Shown: positions 1 through 10,293 of the stretch, piece by piece
How the letters are laid out: every line of letters begins with the position of its first letter
Position numbering within the stretch: the first letter of the stretch is position 1
Source of the DNA: Longimicrobiales bacterium
GTDB lineage: Bacteria > Gemmatimonadota > Gemmatimonadetes > Longimicrobiales > Gaopeijiaceae
DNA length: 64,000 nt
Direction: 5' to 3'
Assembly (NCBI GenBank): GCA_965249725.1
Contig: CBDFMQ010000002.1
Coordinates: 2,784,001 to 2,848,000, forward strand
The notes under the pieces: generated by a model
Database searches by the model: none
The model's input: only the letters and a program-made list of their open reading frames with translations
What the model was told of the DNA's origin: nothing
Program-made: the position numbers and the translations under genes

Positions 1-823
1 TACGGTGGCGCGCCCATCGACTTACCATTCCCTCCGCGCCGATACGCCGGAGCTGCTCTGCCAACGCGTAGAAGAGAGACACCGCAGGTGTGTTGGGCGT
101 CTGGAGATTGTCGAGCTGCTTCGCGAAGAGCTGCAGATCGAAGTAGACGCCTTTGCTGGAAGCCACGTGCGAGCGGTCCATGAGCCTCTCCGAGGCTACC
201 CCGAAGGCCAATCCAGGCGGCAGAGCCAGCGCCTTCTGCGATCCCGTCAGCACGAAGTCCAGTTGCCAATCGTCGGTCTGGACCTCCACCCCTCCCACCC
301 CGGTCACCGAGTCCACGAGGAGCATCACATCGTCGCTTTCGCGAACGGCCTCGGAGATCTGACGAAGGGGATTCAAGGCACCGGTCGACGTCTCCGAGTG
401 GACGACCGTGACCGCATCGTAGTCGCCATTGGTCAGTCGCTCCCGAACTGCATCAGGCGAGATGGTTTGGCCCCACTCGACCTTGAGCGTGTCGACCTCG
501 AATCCGCACGCACCAGCGATATCCCCGTACCGCTCACTGAACGCCCCGTTCACGAGGTTCAGTACTCGGGACCGGGCTCCGTTCCGAAGCGAAGCCTCCA
601 TGAGTCCGGTCGCCGACGACGTTGAAATCAGCACGGGACTGGTGGTGCAGAACACGTCCTTGAGGCCGGTCTGCAGATCACCCATGAGTTTCTTGATCGC
701 GGGCCCGCGGTGGCCGACAACGGGTCGCACCTGAGCCTGGAGCACGTCGGGATGCACTTCGGTGGGGCCGGGCAGAAAAAACCGGCCGAAAGGTGGGACG
801 TCCTCCGGGGGCGGCGGCTCCAC
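1..823 (-). CDS. Class V PLP aminotransferase (alanine-glyoxylate/serine-pyruvate family), 3'-partial
   Basis: Own translation (absent from ORF track): FFLPGPTEVHP, SSATGLMEA, GSQKALA; GTG at 823 with GAGGAG RBS; runs off the window edge. Confidence 0.85.
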   Translation of the reverse strand, partial: MEPPPPEDVPPFGRFFLPGPTEVHPDVLQAQVRPVVGHRGPAIKKLMGDLQTGLKDVFCTTSPVLISTSSATGLMEASLRNGARSRVLNLVNGAFSERYGDIAGACGFEVDTLKVEWGQTISPDAVRERLTNGDYDAVTVVHSETSTGALNPLRQISEAVRESDDVMLLVDSVTGVGGVEVQTDDWQLDFVLTGSQKALALPPGLAFGVASERLMDRSHVASSKGVYFDLQLFAKQLDNLQTPNTPAVSLFYALAEQLRRIGAEGMVSRWARHR

Positions 824-953
824 TTTTTGTCTCCTCACAACGTGACTCGAGCACGGTGTTGCCGGGCGGGGCGCGGGTCCGGTCCGTAGCCGTCCCGCCG
901 AGTTGGACCGGCGCAAGATAACGCCTGCAGTGACGCTGGAAAGACCCGCGAGT

Positions 954-1460
954 TCAACGCCACGACTGCTCCCACCGGATGTACTCGACCGCGGTGACTC
1001 CACCACGCGCCAAGACCTCCAGGCCCGCAGGATCGCGGTAGGCCTGTCGGTAGAACACGTAGGCGACATTGGCCTGGATCATGAGCTTGGCGCAGGCAGA
1101 GCATGGGCTGGCCGTCACGAAGGCGACCTTGCCCCTCAGGGCACCCGGGGACTTGACCAGGGCGTTCTGCTCGGAATGGATGCAGCCGCAGCTTCCCGGC
1201 GTAGGGCTGTCGCAGCGATTCGGGAATCCCCGAGCGTTTCCGTTGTATCCGATGGCCACCACATGCTCGAGGTGCTCGTCGGTAATCACTGTACCGACCT
1301 GGAGCCTCGCACACGTACTGCGCTTGGCAAGCTCCTCGGCCATCCGCATGTAGACCTCGTACAGCGGAGGGCGGACGACGGAGGCCTCCTCGACCGGGTC
1401 GACACCGACATTCAGCGGGTGTGTGTTCGCCGGAACGAGGTCTTTAGGGAAGGTGAGCAT
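954..1460 (-). CDS. dCMP deaminase family protein
   Basis: RSTC..QVG, GYNG, HSEQNA and PCSAC zinc-deaminase motifs. Confidence 0.9.
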   Translation of the reverse strand: MLTFPKDLVPANTHPLNVGVDPVEEASVVRPPLYEVYMRMAEELAKRSTCARLQVGTVITDEHLEHVVAIGYNGNARGFPNRCDSPTPGSCGCIHSEQNALVKSPGALRGKVAFVTASPCSACAKLMIQANVAYVFYRQAYRDPAGLEVLARGGVTAVEYIRWEQSWR

Positions 1461-1466
1461 CGGCCC

Positions 1467-1985
1467 TCAAGCGGCTGGCTCCATCAGATCGAAGATCTCT
1501 CTGAGCATGGTCTGTCCACGGTCCTTGGCATAGTAGCGCCGAACCTGCTTGTAGCGCTCGGCCGAAGGCATCGAGAGCCCTTCCCCTACGAACCACTCCT
1601 GCAAAGGGCCTGGCCTGGGACCCCACCACCCCTGCTCGACGAAGTCGTCGTCCAGCAGCAACACCACCGGGATCGATCGGCTCCGGCCGCCCGTCAGATG
1701 AGCGTCCATCAGGTCGGGGTTTTCGTCGCGAGAGAGAACCCGAAGGTCGAGACCCGAGACCTCTTCCGTAAGACGAGCCAAGACGGGCAGCAGGTTGACC
1801 GCATCGCCGCACCAGTCCTCGGAGAGGGCCAACAGGTGCCACGCTCCGGGAATCCGGCGGGCCTCCTCCAATATCTCCGGCGAGATAGACGCCCGCTCAT
1901 AGATGGCGTGCCAGAGCTCCCTGTTCTTCACCACCGAATCCAAGTAGGACCGGAAGTCCCCAGCGGCGAAGTAACGCTCTCTCAT
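1467..1985 (-). CDS. Thioredoxin-like protein (Thioredoxin_9 type)
   Basis: LSEDWCGDA, RSIPV and WGPRP motifs; start uncertain. Confidence 0.8.
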   Translation of the reverse strand: MRERYFAAGDFRSYLDSVVKNRELWHAIYERASISPEILEEARRIPGAWHLLALSEDWCGDAVNLLPVLARLTEEVSGLDLRVLSRDENPDLMDAHLTGGRSRSIPVVLLLDDDFVEQGWWGPRPGPLQEWFVGEGLSMPSAERYKQVRRYYAKDRGQTMLREIFDLMEPAA

Positions 1986-2010
1986 GTTGGTCGCCAACAC
2001 AGATCTCTGA

Positions 2011-3840
2011 TCACGCCTTGTTGCGAGCTGCCTTCTTGCGGGCATGGATGTCCAGGTGCCGCTTCCGCAGACGGATGTTGTCCGGGGTGATCTCGATGAG
2101 CTCGTCGTCGTCGATGAACTCCAACGCCAGTTCCAGGGTGAGCTCCCGCGGCGTCTCGAGCCGGATATGCTCGTCCGAGGACGTGGTCCGCATGTTGGTG
2201 AGCTTCTTCCCCTTGCAGACGTTCACGTCCAGGTCGCCCGGATGCACGTGCTCGCCCACGATCATGCCGCTGTACACGACCTCGCCGGGCCCGAGGAACA
2301 TGGTGGCCCGCTCCTGGAGGTTGAAGAGCGCGAACCCCACCGAGGTCCCTTCGCGGTCCGCCACCAGCACCCCGCGCTTGCGGCCTGTCAGGGATCCCGC
2401 GTGGGGGCCGTACTCGAGGAACCGATGGTGGAGCGTGCCCTCTCCCCGTGTGTCCGTGAGAAACTCGGACCGATAGCCGAAGAGCCCCCTGGCCGGCACA
2501 CGAAAACGCAGCCGGACCGGTCCACGGTCGGTCGGCTTCATCTCGATCATCTCGCCCCGGCGCGGCCCCATCTTCTCCATGATAGGCCCGATGAACTCCT
2601 CGGGGATTTCGATGACCGCCTCCTCGAACGGCTCCAGGCGGCCTTCGGGTCCCTGCTTCTCGATGACCCGTGGCCGGGAAACCTGAAACTCAAACCCCTC
2701 ACGGCGCATGGTCTCCATGAGGATGCCCAGGTGAAGTTCGCCCCGACCCGACACGGTGAACGTGTCCGGCACTTCGGTGTCCTCCACGCGGAGCGCCACA
2801 TTCCGCTCCAACTCCTTGATGAGTCGGTCCCGGACCTGTCGTGTCGTGACGAACTTCCCTACCCGTCCCGCAAAGGGTGAGTTGTTCACCGTGAAGTCGA
2901 CCGAGAGGGTCGGCTCTTCCACAGCGATTCCGTGGAGGCGCTCCCGCGTCTCGGGATGGGTAAGCGTGGTGCCGATCTCCACACCTTCGAGACCCGCCAC
3001 CGCAACGATCTCACCGGCCGTCGCTTCCTCGATCTCGGCCCGATCCAGGCCCTCGAATCCGTAGAGCTGAGCGACTTTGCCCGGCAGCGCATCCTCGGCC
3101 GACACCTCGCCCGGCTCTCCGAGAGGCAGGAGCGTTACCGCGTCGCCGACGCGCACTTTTCCGCGCTCCACCTTTCCGATGCCGATGCGCCCGACGTAGC
3201 TCGAGTAGTCCAAGGTGGAGATCAGCATCTGGAAGGGACCGTCGGGGTCGACCAGCGGAGCCGGGATGCGCTCCGTAATCGTCTCGAACAAGGGACTCAG
3301 GTCACCACCCGAGGCCTCCGGGTCCGGGCTCGCCCATCCGTCCCGGCCTGCCGCATAAAGGAAGGGGGCATCGAGCTGAGGGTCGGACGCCTCCAGGCTC
3401 ATGAACAGCTCCAGTACCTCGTCGTGCACCTCTTCCGCGCGGGCGTCGGAGCGATCCACCTTGTTGATCAAGACGATGGGCTGCAGGCCCAACTCGAGGG
3501 CCTTTCGAGTGACGAACCTCGTTTGCGGCATGGGCCCTTCGGCCGCATCGACGAGTAGAAGCACGCCGTCCACCATGCGCAGCACCCGCTCGACCTCCCC
3601 ACCGAAGTCGGCATGGCCGGGAGTGTCGACGATGTTGAGCTTCATGTCTCCCCAGCGCACCGAAGTGTTCTTGGCCAGAATCGTGATGCCCCGCTCCCGC
3701 TCCAGAGGATTGGAGTCCATCACGCGCTCCTGGACGGTCTGGTGGTCACTGAATACGCCCGCCTGGCGCAGCATCTGATCCACCAGCGTGGTCTTGCCGT
3801 GATCCACGTGGGCGATGATGGCGACGTTCCTGATGTTCAT
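2011..3840 (-). CDS. typA: Translational GTPase TypA/BipA
   Basis: [42 protein letters not shown]; 609 aa. Confidence 0.97.
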   Translation of the reverse strand: MNIRNVAIIAHVDHGKTTLVDQMLRQAGVFSDHQTVQERVMDSNPLERERGITILAKNTSVRWGDMKLNIVDTPGHADFGGEVERVLRMVDGVLLLVDAAEGPMPQTRFVTRKALELGLQPIVLINKVDRSDARAEEVHDEVLELFMSLEASDPQLDAPFLYAAGRDGWASPDPEASGGDLSPLFETITERIPAPLVDPDGPFQMLISTLDYSSYVGRIGIGKVERGKVRVGDAVTLLPLGEPGEVSAEDALPGKVAQLYGFEGLDRAEIEEATAGEIVAVAGLEGVEIGTTLTHPETRERLHGIAVEEPTLSVDFTVNNSPFAGRVGKFVTTRQVRDRLIKELERNVALRVEDTEVPDTFTVSGRGELHLGILMETMRREGFEFQVSRPRVIEKQGPEGRLEPFEEAVIEIPEEFIGPIMEKMGPRRGEMIEMKPTDRGPVRLRFRVPARGLFGYRSEFLTDTRGEGTLHHRFLEYGPHAGSLTGRKRGVLVADREGTSVGFALFNLQERATMFLGPGEVVYSGMIVGEHVHPGDLDVNVCKGKKLTNMRTTSSDEHIRLETPRELTLELALEFIDDDELIEITPDNIRLRKRHLDIHARKKAARNKA

Positions 3841-3975
3841 CTGCCGACTCTGGGGAGGCGCTCGATGGAGGAGCTCGATTCTCTCGGGCGCCGGTGAGGT
3901 TTCCGATCGGTGGGACCGACCGCCTGAAAGCGGTCGATCGTCAGCCAGAAAAGGTAACGGAAAGACCTCTCGAGA

Positions 3976-4950
3976 TCAGTCTCCCAACACGTGAGAGAAG
4001 ATGAGGGGGGCTACGATGGAGGCGTCGGACTGGATGTGGAAGCGGGGTGTGTCGGCATCCAGCTTCCCCCACGTGATCTTCTCGTTCGGGGGAGCCCCGG
4101 AATAGCCACCGTATGAGGCCGGCGCATCGGTAATCTGCGCGTAGTATCCCCAGAAGGGTGTCTCCAGCTTCAGGTCCTGGAGAATGCAGGGCACCGCACA
4201 GATCGCGAAGTCCCCGGCGATGCCTCCTCCGATCTGGAAGAAACCGACCGAAGGTCCCCCCTCTGCCCCTTTGTGGGCGAGGTACCACTCCATGAGCTGC
4301 TGAAACTGCTCGGTTCCCGACTTCACGCACTGGTGGTGGGGGACCACGCCCGTCATGACGTTGGCCGCGAAGATGTTGCCGGTGGTCGAGTCTTCCCAAC
4401 CCGGGGCGTAGACCGGAATCTCCGCCTCCATGGCCGCGAGGACCCACGAATCCTCGGGATCGATCTGGTAGTGCTCCTCGAGGGCACCGTCCCGCAGAAT
4501 CTCGAAGAGGAACTCAGACGGGAGCCTGCGCTCTCCGCACTCACAGGCCTGCCGCCACCTCTCGGCGAGCCGGCCCTCCACGTGGCGCATGACGTCTTCG
4601 GGGATGCACGTGTCCGTCACGCGATTCATTCCCCTGCGGTAGAGATCCGCCTCGGCCTCAGCACTCAGAGCCCGCCAATCGGGAATGATCTCGTAGTCGT
4701 CGTGAGCGAGGAGATTGAAGACGTCCTCTTCGAGGTTGGCGCCCGTACACGAGACCGCGTGGACCTTTCCCTCTCGGATCATGCGGGCGAGGCTGACTCC
4801 CAACTCACCCGTCGACATGGCACCGGCCAGCGCCACCAGCATTCTTCCACCGGCCGCCACATGGGCGTCATAAGCCAAGGCCGCGGCGTGCGTCTCCCGA
4901 GCGTTGAAGTGCCGGTAGTGGCGTGCCATAAAGCGTCGGATGTGACCCAT
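3976..4950 (-). CDS. Deoxyhypusine synthase family protein
   Basis: LAGAMSTGE, TGANLEED, IGGGIAGDF, GGYSGAPPNEKITWGK. Confidence 0.9.
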   Translation of the reverse strand: MGHIRRFMARHYRHFNARETHAAALAYDAHVAAGGRMLVALAGAMSTGELGVSLARMIREGKVHAVSCTGANLEEDVFNLLAHDDYEIIPDWRALSAEAEADLYRRGMNRVTDTCIPEDVMRHVEGRLAERWRQACECGERRLPSEFLFEILRDGALEEHYQIDPEDSWVLAAMEAEIPVYAPGWEDSTTGNIFAANVMTGVVPHHQCVKSGTEQFQQLMEWYLAHKGAEGGPSVGFFQIGGGIAGDFAICAVPCILQDLKLETPFWGYYAQITDAPASYGGYSGAPPNEKITWGKLDADTPRFHIQSDASIVAPLIFSHVLGD

Positions 4951-5055
4951 TGATTGTCCTCCAAGGCGGCTCCAGAAATTGTTCTGGACTCATGCTCGGT
5001 GATGCTTGTATCGTTGTCGTAGCGTCAAGAACTGCTCCCCTGAAGAGACCAATCC

Positions 5056-5682
5056 GTGCTCGCACTCATCGCCGTGGTCGGACTCCTAGTGATGCTCCTC
5101 GTCGTGACGACGTCCGTGGCGTACCTCGTGCTGCCGCGTGGGCGGATGTGTCCCCGGTGCGGGGGCTCGACGAGCCCTGTCGTCCTCCGGAGAGGACTGC
5201 GCGCTCTGTCACGGTGGATACAGTGGCGTTGGTGCTCCCGTTGTGCATGGGAGGGCCCGGGCAGGAAGGGCCCCGAGTTGGGCATTCTCGATCCCCCGGC
5301 CGACCACGAGTCCGGCTTCCGATGGGGCCATCCGAATCTTCAGGGCGTCCCGGTCTTCTACTGGAAAGACGAGAACGAGCCGACCGAGACCTCGGGTAAG
5401 CCTCCCGTCCATCCCTCCGGGTTCGAGTGGGGTCCGGATGAACGAGCGAAGGCCGACCGACGAGGGACTGAGCGTCGTCGTCCTGAGCCTCCCGACCATC
5501 CGTCGGGCTTCCACTTCCGCACACCTGAGCATAGCGAGCCGGCCGGCTTCCAGTGGGGATCGGCTCCGAAGGCCTCGGATGACGAGGGTCAGCTCCGGCC
5601 CGCATCGCGGCGACCCTGGTATCTTGCGTGGCTCGTCGCCAAGGATGCCCCCGGCTTTCAATGGAAGGCTTCGGGGGACTAG
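5056..5682 (+). CDS. Hypothetical membrane-anchored protein with CxxC pair and repeated (H)xxGFxW motifs
   Basis: N-terminal hydrophobic helix, CPRC and CSRC, five GF-x-W/F repeats. Confidence 0.6.
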   Translation: MLALIAVVGLLVMLLVVTTSVAYLVLPRGRMCPRCGGSTSPVVLRRGLRALSRWIQWRWCSRCAWEGPGRKGPELGILDPPADHESGFRWGHPNLQGVPVFYWKDENEPTETSGKPPVHPSGFEWGPDERAKADRRGTERRRPEPPDHPSGFHFRTPEHSEPAGFQWGSAPKASDDEGQLRPASRRPWYLAWLVAKDAPGFQWKASGD

Positions 5683-5703
5683 GAACCGAGCCCCACCGAT
5701 AGA

Positions 5704-7299
5704 CTACGGGCGCCGCCGTACGACCCGTCCGGACAGTAGACCCGTCAACTCCCCGCGTGACAGAGCCGCCTCTCCGTTTACGAAGACCTCCACCATGCCC
5801 TCGGCTATCTGGTGGGGCTCGGTGTATGTGGCCGGATCGTTCACCCGGGCAAGGTCGAAGACCACGATGTCGGCATAGGCGCCCTCCCGAATCATACCAC
5901 GATCCGGCATCCCGAAGACCTGAGCCGGAAGCGAGGTCATGCTCCGGACGGCGGCGGCGAGATCGACAACGCCCTCCTCCACTACGTAGTACCGGATCTT
6001 TCGAGAAAACACACCGTAGCTCCTGGGATGCGGCACTCCTTCGCCCATCGTCGCCAATCCACCATCGGACGACGTCATGTTCCATGGCTGCACCATGAGC
6101 GTGCGGACGTCGTCTTCGTGCATGTTGTACGAGATGATCGACACGCTCCCCTGACGCAGGAGTCTCGCAGCGGCATCCACGGGGTCCTCTCCTCGCTCGG
6201 CCGCGACATCGGACAGCAGCCGTCCTTCCAAGGACTCGTCGAACACGGCCCGGCGGAACTGGATCCGATCCGCTCCACCCCGGCGAGCCAGGTTCTCTAC
6301 CATCTCTTCGCGGATCCTGGCGAACGTCTCCGGTCGATTGAGCCGGGCATTGAGAGAATCCGCTCCTCCCGCCTCGGCCCATCGCGGTAACAGAGCCGCC
6401 CCGAGACCCGTCGACGAAGCCCCATATGGATACTGATCGCTGTATACGTCGACCCCTTCCTCACGGGCCGCGTCGATTCGTCGAACGATGGCGTGTCCAT
6501 AGCCCCACACCGTGGGACCCAATGCCTTGATGCGGGTGATCACCCCGGGAACTCCCGCCTGGCGTGCCACGTCGATTACCTCCTCCACCGCCTCGATCAC
6601 GCCCACGGTGTAGCTCGACTCGTCCCTGATATGGCTCGTGTACGCGCCCCCGAACTCGGCGACGACCCGGGCCAACTCGACGATCTCCTCAGGTTCGGAG
6701 TAGCTCCCGGGCGCATAGAACGTGCCTGACGACAGACCGAAGGCACCCGCCTCCATCCCCTGTCGAACCGCACCCCTCATCTGGTCCATCTCCGCATCGT
6801 TCGGCGCCCGGTCACCAGAACCGACGATCTCTCGGCGTATGGAGCCGTGGGGTACGAACTGAGCCACGTTCACGCCCATCCCGTGCTCGAGGAGCTGGGT
6901 GCGCTGCCGTGCGAGGTCCACCGGACCACCGCCGTCGGGGTTCACCATCACCGTCGTAAGGCCTTGGGCCAGGAGCGGCTCACCATGGCTCAAGTCGGCC
7001 GTAGCCAATCCAGGGCCCGCATGGGAATGGGAGTCGATGAAGCCCGGAGCCACGTACAAACCGGTGGCGTCGACTTCGCGCCGGGCAGACGCATCAGAGA
7101 GGTCTCCAACCGCCGCGATCCGCTCACCCCGGATCGCTACGTCACCCAGGTACCACGGGTTGCCCGAGCCGTCGAGCACGCGTCCGTTCCGGATGAGCAC
7201 GTCGTACTGCTCCTGGCCGGCAAGGAGCACCGGAACGCACGACAGCAGGAGTGCGAGGACCGCCATGGTCCCCCATGGGAGCCGGGGCAAACCTGTCAC
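5704..7299 (-). CDS. N-acyl-D-amino-acid deacylase (amidohydrolase), secreted
   Basis: APGFIDSHSH, SHIRDE, SSDGG, HPRSYG; signal peptide; start may be at 7266. Confidence 0.88.
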   Translation of the reverse strand: MTGLPRLPWGTMAVLALLLSCVPVLLAGQEQYDVLIRNGRVLDGSGNPWYLGDVAIRGERIAAVGDLSDASARREVDATGLYVAPGFIDSHSHAGPGLATADLSHGEPLLAQGLTTVMVNPDGGGPVDLARQRTQLLEHGMGVNVAQFVPHGSIRREIVGSGDRAPNDAEMDQMRGAVRQGMEAGAFGLSSGTFYAPGSYSEPEEIVELARVVAEFGGAYTSHIRDESSYTVGVIEAVEEVIDVARQAGVPGVITRIKALGPTVWGYGHAIVRRIDAAREEGVDVYSDQYPYGASSTGLGAALLPRWAEAGGADSLNARLNRPETFARIREEMVENLARRGGADRIQFRRAVFDESLEGRLLSDVAAERGEDPVDAAARLLRQGSVSIISYNMHEDDVRTLMVQPWNMTSSDGGLATMGEGVPHPRSYGVFSRKIRYYVVEEGVVDLAAAVRSMTSLPAQVFGMPDRGMIREGAYADIVVFDLARVNDPATYTEPHQIAEGMVEVFVNGEAALSRGELTGLLSGRVVRRRP

Positions 7300-7376
7300 G
7301 ATCAGGCCTTCGTTCAGGGGTGGCGATGCGGTGGGTAGGGCAAGATGGTCCTGGGCTCAGGGGCCGGCAACAAGGG

Positions 7377-7410
7377 CCCCCGACGAACCCCCCGACGAAC
7401 CCCCCGAACC
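7377..7410. repeat. Short tandem repeat (cccccgacgaac-like)
   Basis: About 2.5 copies in the intergenic region. Confidence 0.5.
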
Positions 7411-7446
7411 AGCGCCTCGCACCAGGGCCCCGACGAGCGCGCCCGA

Positions 7447-8322
7447 TCAGCCCCCGAACCGAGTGAAGTACCCGAGTACCAGAGCCCCACCAGCTGGCAG
7501 ATTGCGACCGTCCAAGGGCACCCTCCAACCCACCTCGAACCCTCCCAACGGAGTCTCGTACCAGAGAGACGGCGTCAGTTGAAGGTACTGGCGTTGGCTG
7601 GACTCGATCGTGAGCCCCTCCTGGACCGGGGCATCGGAGTCCCACCCTTCGGCGACGAGCTTGTACTGGAACTTCCCGACGGCTCCACCCACCTGCGCCA
7701 AGAAGAAGATCTCCTCTCCGGGGTCGATCGCCGCCTCTTCATTGAGCTGGCGATACCGATAGCCCACCCATCCGTTCACGTAGAGGGAGCGGGGCCAAAA
7801 CGAGTGCCCGATCTCGACCATGATCTCCCAATCGGTCTGTCCCTCGCTGAGCGGGATGATCTCGGCGTCCACGGGAGAGCTTCCGACGGGCAGCTTCACG
7901 CCACTTCGGATGGCGAACGGAAAGTCCACTCCTGCGTACTTGAGCGGCGCCACCCTCAGCCAGACGTTGACGTCGCCGAGCCCGTCCTCGGAACGGTCAG
8001 CACCGGCGTCGGAGAACGACAGGCGGTTGACGGAGCCTCGGGCCCACAGGTCCCAGTTGGGAATCAAGCCCACGGCCCCCGTAACGAAGAAGGCGGTGGA
8101 CTTCGCGTGCCCGTCGAAGGGGATGGGGCCCTTCACGCCCTCCAGGTCATAGCGGTCCGTAGTGTCCTGGTGGTAGACCTCCGCGCTGACCCACCCCTTT
8201 CCAGGCGCCTCGACCCATTGGCCCGCCACCGCGTTCGGAAGAACCACGGCCGCGACGACGGCAGCCGCCAACAAGGAACGCGCGGCACGGGCCAACGTCG
8301 TGTGAGGCAGGTCGGAGCCCAT
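7447..8322 (-). CDS. Putative outer-membrane beta-barrel/transporter-like protein
   Basis: Signal peptide, GLGDV and GVKLP motifs, amphipathic strands, aromatic C-terminus. Confidence 0.6.
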   Translation of the reverse strand: MGSDLPHTTLARAARSLLAAAVVAAVVLPNAVAGQWVEAPGKGWVSAEVYHQDTTDRYDLEGVKGPIPFDGHAKSTAFFVTGAVGLIPNWDLWARGSVNRLSFSDAGADRSEDGLGDVNVWLRVAPLKYAGVDFPFAIRSGVKLPVGSSPVDAEIIPLSEGQTDWEIMVEIGHSFWPRSLYVNGWVGYRYRQLNEEAAIDPGEEIFFLAQVGGAVGKFQYKLVAEGWDSDAPVQEGLTIESSQRQYLQLTPSLWYETPLGGFEVGWRVPLDGRNLPAGGALVLGYFTRFGG

Positions 8323-8493
8323 TCATATCCCCAAAAAAGAGTCCATTCGCGCGGGCCCACGCTTTACGCGTGCGGCCACTCGTAGAGAATCACGGTGAGT
8401 CGGGAAAGGTTCCGCATGGTGCCCGCGTCCGAGACGGTGTCCGGTGACGGCGCCGAGGAACTGCCGCGTCCGACGGGTGTCCGACTGGGTTCC

Positions 8494-10214
8494 ATGAGCA
8501 CAATGGAGAACCTGGTCGATCTGCTACGAGAGATCGACGGAAGAGGATACAAGGCGTACAAGGCCCTTCGTGGCGTCTGGGCGTTCCCCGGCTTCGTGCT
8601 CCACGTCGATCACGTGCAAGGGGATCCCTTCGCCACGCCGAGCAGGGTCCGAGCTCTACTGCCCCCAGACACCACCCGTCTCGCACCTTGCGCGTGTAGC
8701 AACGCCTCCCGGCGCCGCGGCGTGGCGAGTCTGTTGGCCCGGCGCTTCCACCAGACCGCGGTCGCCACGATGAAGCCCCGGGGTATCGGCAAGAGCGGAG
8801 CGATCGAAATCGAGACCCCCGGCCAAGAGGTCGTGGCTCACACCGCCGCTATCGTGGCCGAAGACGGCGGCGTGGAGGCACGTTTCACCGTCGGCCTCCC
8901 GGCCGCCGGCCGCCGTGTGCTGGCCGAGGAGGCCGTGGCGCTCCTCACCGAAGACGTGCCCGCCGTAGTAAACGACAGTCTGCTGGAGACGGCGGTCGGA
9001 TCCGACGAGGTGCTGAGGCACGCCCTCACCAACGAAGATGCCGACACACTACGCGATTCCCTGAGCGAACACGGCTGGGTCGCCTTCGTGGCCAACGGTT
9101 CCTCCCTCCCGCGCAGGAGCGGCATTGACGACCGGCCGCTATCCGGGGACGGGGTCGTGCCGTTCACCGCACCGTCGAGCCTCTCAGCCAGCGTCGAACT
9201 GCCCAACATCGGTTCCCTGACCGGCATGGCACTTCCCCGCGGTGTAGGCCTCATCGTGGGCGGCGGCTATCACGGGAAGTGCACGCTGCTCAGAGCCCTC
9301 GAGGCCGGTGTCTACAATCACTGTCCGGGAGACGGCCGTGAATTCGCCGTGTCCGACGCGGCCGCCATCAAGGTCCAGGCCGAAGACGGGCGCTCCGTCT
9401 CCGGCGTAGATATCTCTCCGTTCATCGACGGCCTGCCGCAGGGCCAGGACACCAAAGTGTTCTCCACGCCGAACGCCTCCGGATCTACCAGCCAGGCCGC
9501 CTCGATCATGGAGGCGTTGGAGGTCGGCGCAACGACCCTGCTCATCGACGAAGACACGGCAGCCACAAATTTCATGATCCGCGATCGCCGCATGCAGGCT
9601 CTCGTCCCAAGGCAGGGGAGCCCATCACCCCCTTCGTCGACCGAGTAAGGACGCTGTGGGTGGAGAGAGGCGTAAGCTCGGTGATCGTACTCGGCGGAAG
9701 TGGGGACTATCTCGACGTAGCCGACACCGTGGTGGCCATGAGGGAGTTCCGACCACATGACGTGACCGAGGAAGCCAACAAGGTCGCCGAAGATCTCCCT
9801 ACCGGCCGTCACCCGGAAACGCCGGACGAGATGGGTCCGATCCGCCCTCGGGCCCCGGTCCCGCACTCCGTGGATCCGAGCAGGGGGAGGCGTGAGGTGG
9901 ACCTCAAGGTCCGTGATAGGGAGACACTCGTGTTCGGACGGCAGGTGATCGATCTCTCGGCCTTATCACAGTTGGTTTCGCGAGCTCAGACGAGGGCCAT
10001 CGGAAGGGCACTCGTGCTGGCCCGTGAGAGTTTCATGGACGGGCAACGCTCAGTGGGTGAGATTGCGGACCTGATTGCGCGTATCATTGAGAGCGAGGGT
10101 CTGGACGGTCTGGACGAGCGGCGGACCGGTGAACTGGCTGAGTTTCGGCCTTTGGAGTTCGCCGCAACGCTCAACCGTCTTCGCACACTCGAAGTGAACG
10201 TGAACACGGGCTGA
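8494..10214 (+). pseudogene. ABC-class ATPase domain protein (COG3044-like), frameshifted at about 9607
   Basis: DHVQGDPFA, GGGYHGKCT, NASGSTSQAA, DEDTAATNFMIRD; continues as EPITPFVDRV..GGSGDY in another frame; may be a sequencing error. Confidence 0.8.
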
Positions 10215-10293
10215 CGGAGCCGCTCCCCCTCAGCGGACCCGCCGCCTTGATACTCCTGGTGCCCCGATGGGCACTCATAGAGAAGGAAGAGCC

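Noticed and set aside
903..2090. Long antisense ORFs (for example 903-2090, 11512-12918, 57970-59259)
   Set aside because: Shadow frames of well-supported genes in GC-rich DNA, with no recognisable motifs.
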